Position numbers and translations under genes: made by a program. The notes beneath the pieces are model-generated. The model saw only the letters and a program-made list of their open reading frames with translations, did not search any database and was not told the origin of the DNA. From Ostreococcus lucimarinus (taxonomy: Eukaryota), in assembly GCA_000092065.1 (NCBI GenBank), contig CP000581.1: 64,000 bases of DNA; one strand, written 5' to 3'. Below, in pieces: positions 63,968 to 64,000 of this stretch. Position 1 is the first letter of the stretch, and each line of letters begins with the position of its first letter.

Positions 63968-64000
63968 TCCGCGTTCGATTGTAATCATAGCTTTAGACGA

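Noticed and set aside
1-64000. Prokaryotic features: CRISPR arrays, defence islands, operons, rRNA or tRNA genes
   Set aside because: The window is eukaryotic. It has spliceosomal introns and eukaryote-specific genes (coatomer, MCM6, CPSF100, CCDC22, NRDE2). No repeat-spacer arrays are present. Scanning by eye found no convincing tRNA cloverleaf or T-loop consensus (GGTTCGAATCC) and no rDNA.

Overview
This window is eukaryotic nuclear DNA. It is very GC-rich (about 65-70%) and gene-dense, with roughly 30 protein-coding genes in 64 kb and almost no intergenic space. Stops of convergent genes sit 15-60 bp apart, and divergent gene pairs share promoters of 100-330 bp.

Most genes are single long ORFs. 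By reading the sequence I found short spliceosomal introns that the ORF track cannot see. They use GTAAGT, GTACGT or GTGCGC donors, CAG/TAG acceptors, and an ACTGAC or ACTAAC branch motif about 25-35 nt before the 3' splice site.

I suspect a green-lineage picoalga, perhaps Mamiellophyceae-like. The evidence is a Mg-type ALAD whose transit peptide sits on its own 5' exon, a plastid-type short NOG1-like GTPase, Mini-RNase III, Arabidopsis-type CCCTAAA telo-box motifs, an organellar-looking RecN and aspartate-semialdehyde dehydrogenase. The taxon is inference only.

Genes recognised, in order:
- a partial Lys/Glu-rich nuclear protein
- TrmO/TsaA tRNA methyltransferase
- an Aa_trans amino-acid transporter
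- Vps8-like
- a DHH-family pyrophosphatase/exopolyphosphatase
- VPS26C/DSCR3
- ELF1
- an APH-fold kinase with a frame break
- ALAD (two exons)
- RPS15A/uS8 (four exons, missed by the ORF track)
- a membrane cyclophilin with a PAN-like domain
- a GT2 membrane glycosyltransferase
- RecN
- trehalose-phosphate synthase/phosphatase
- a NOG1-like GTPase
- a PTC7-like PP2C
- a mitochondrial carrier
- a 1399-aa secreted heme peroxidase fused to PAN domains
- a PLAC8 protein
- ASADH
- beta-prime COP
- Mini-RNase III
- a Sec14-like protein
- CPSF100 (two exons)
- CCDC22
- a W-rich membrane protein
- NRDE2
- a small helical ORF
- QNG1 (DUF2419)
- MCM6
- a Munc13/DUF810-like protein
- an LH3/PLOD-type glycosyltransferase
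- MCMBP
- a zf-DNL Hsp70 escort protein

The most unusual locus is 29592-36175. There the peroxidase-PAN gene and the PLAC8 gene sit inside nested direct repeats. One of those repeats is a 175-bp, 100% identical copy of the 3' end of the ASADH gene, which suggests a recent segmental insertion or duplication.
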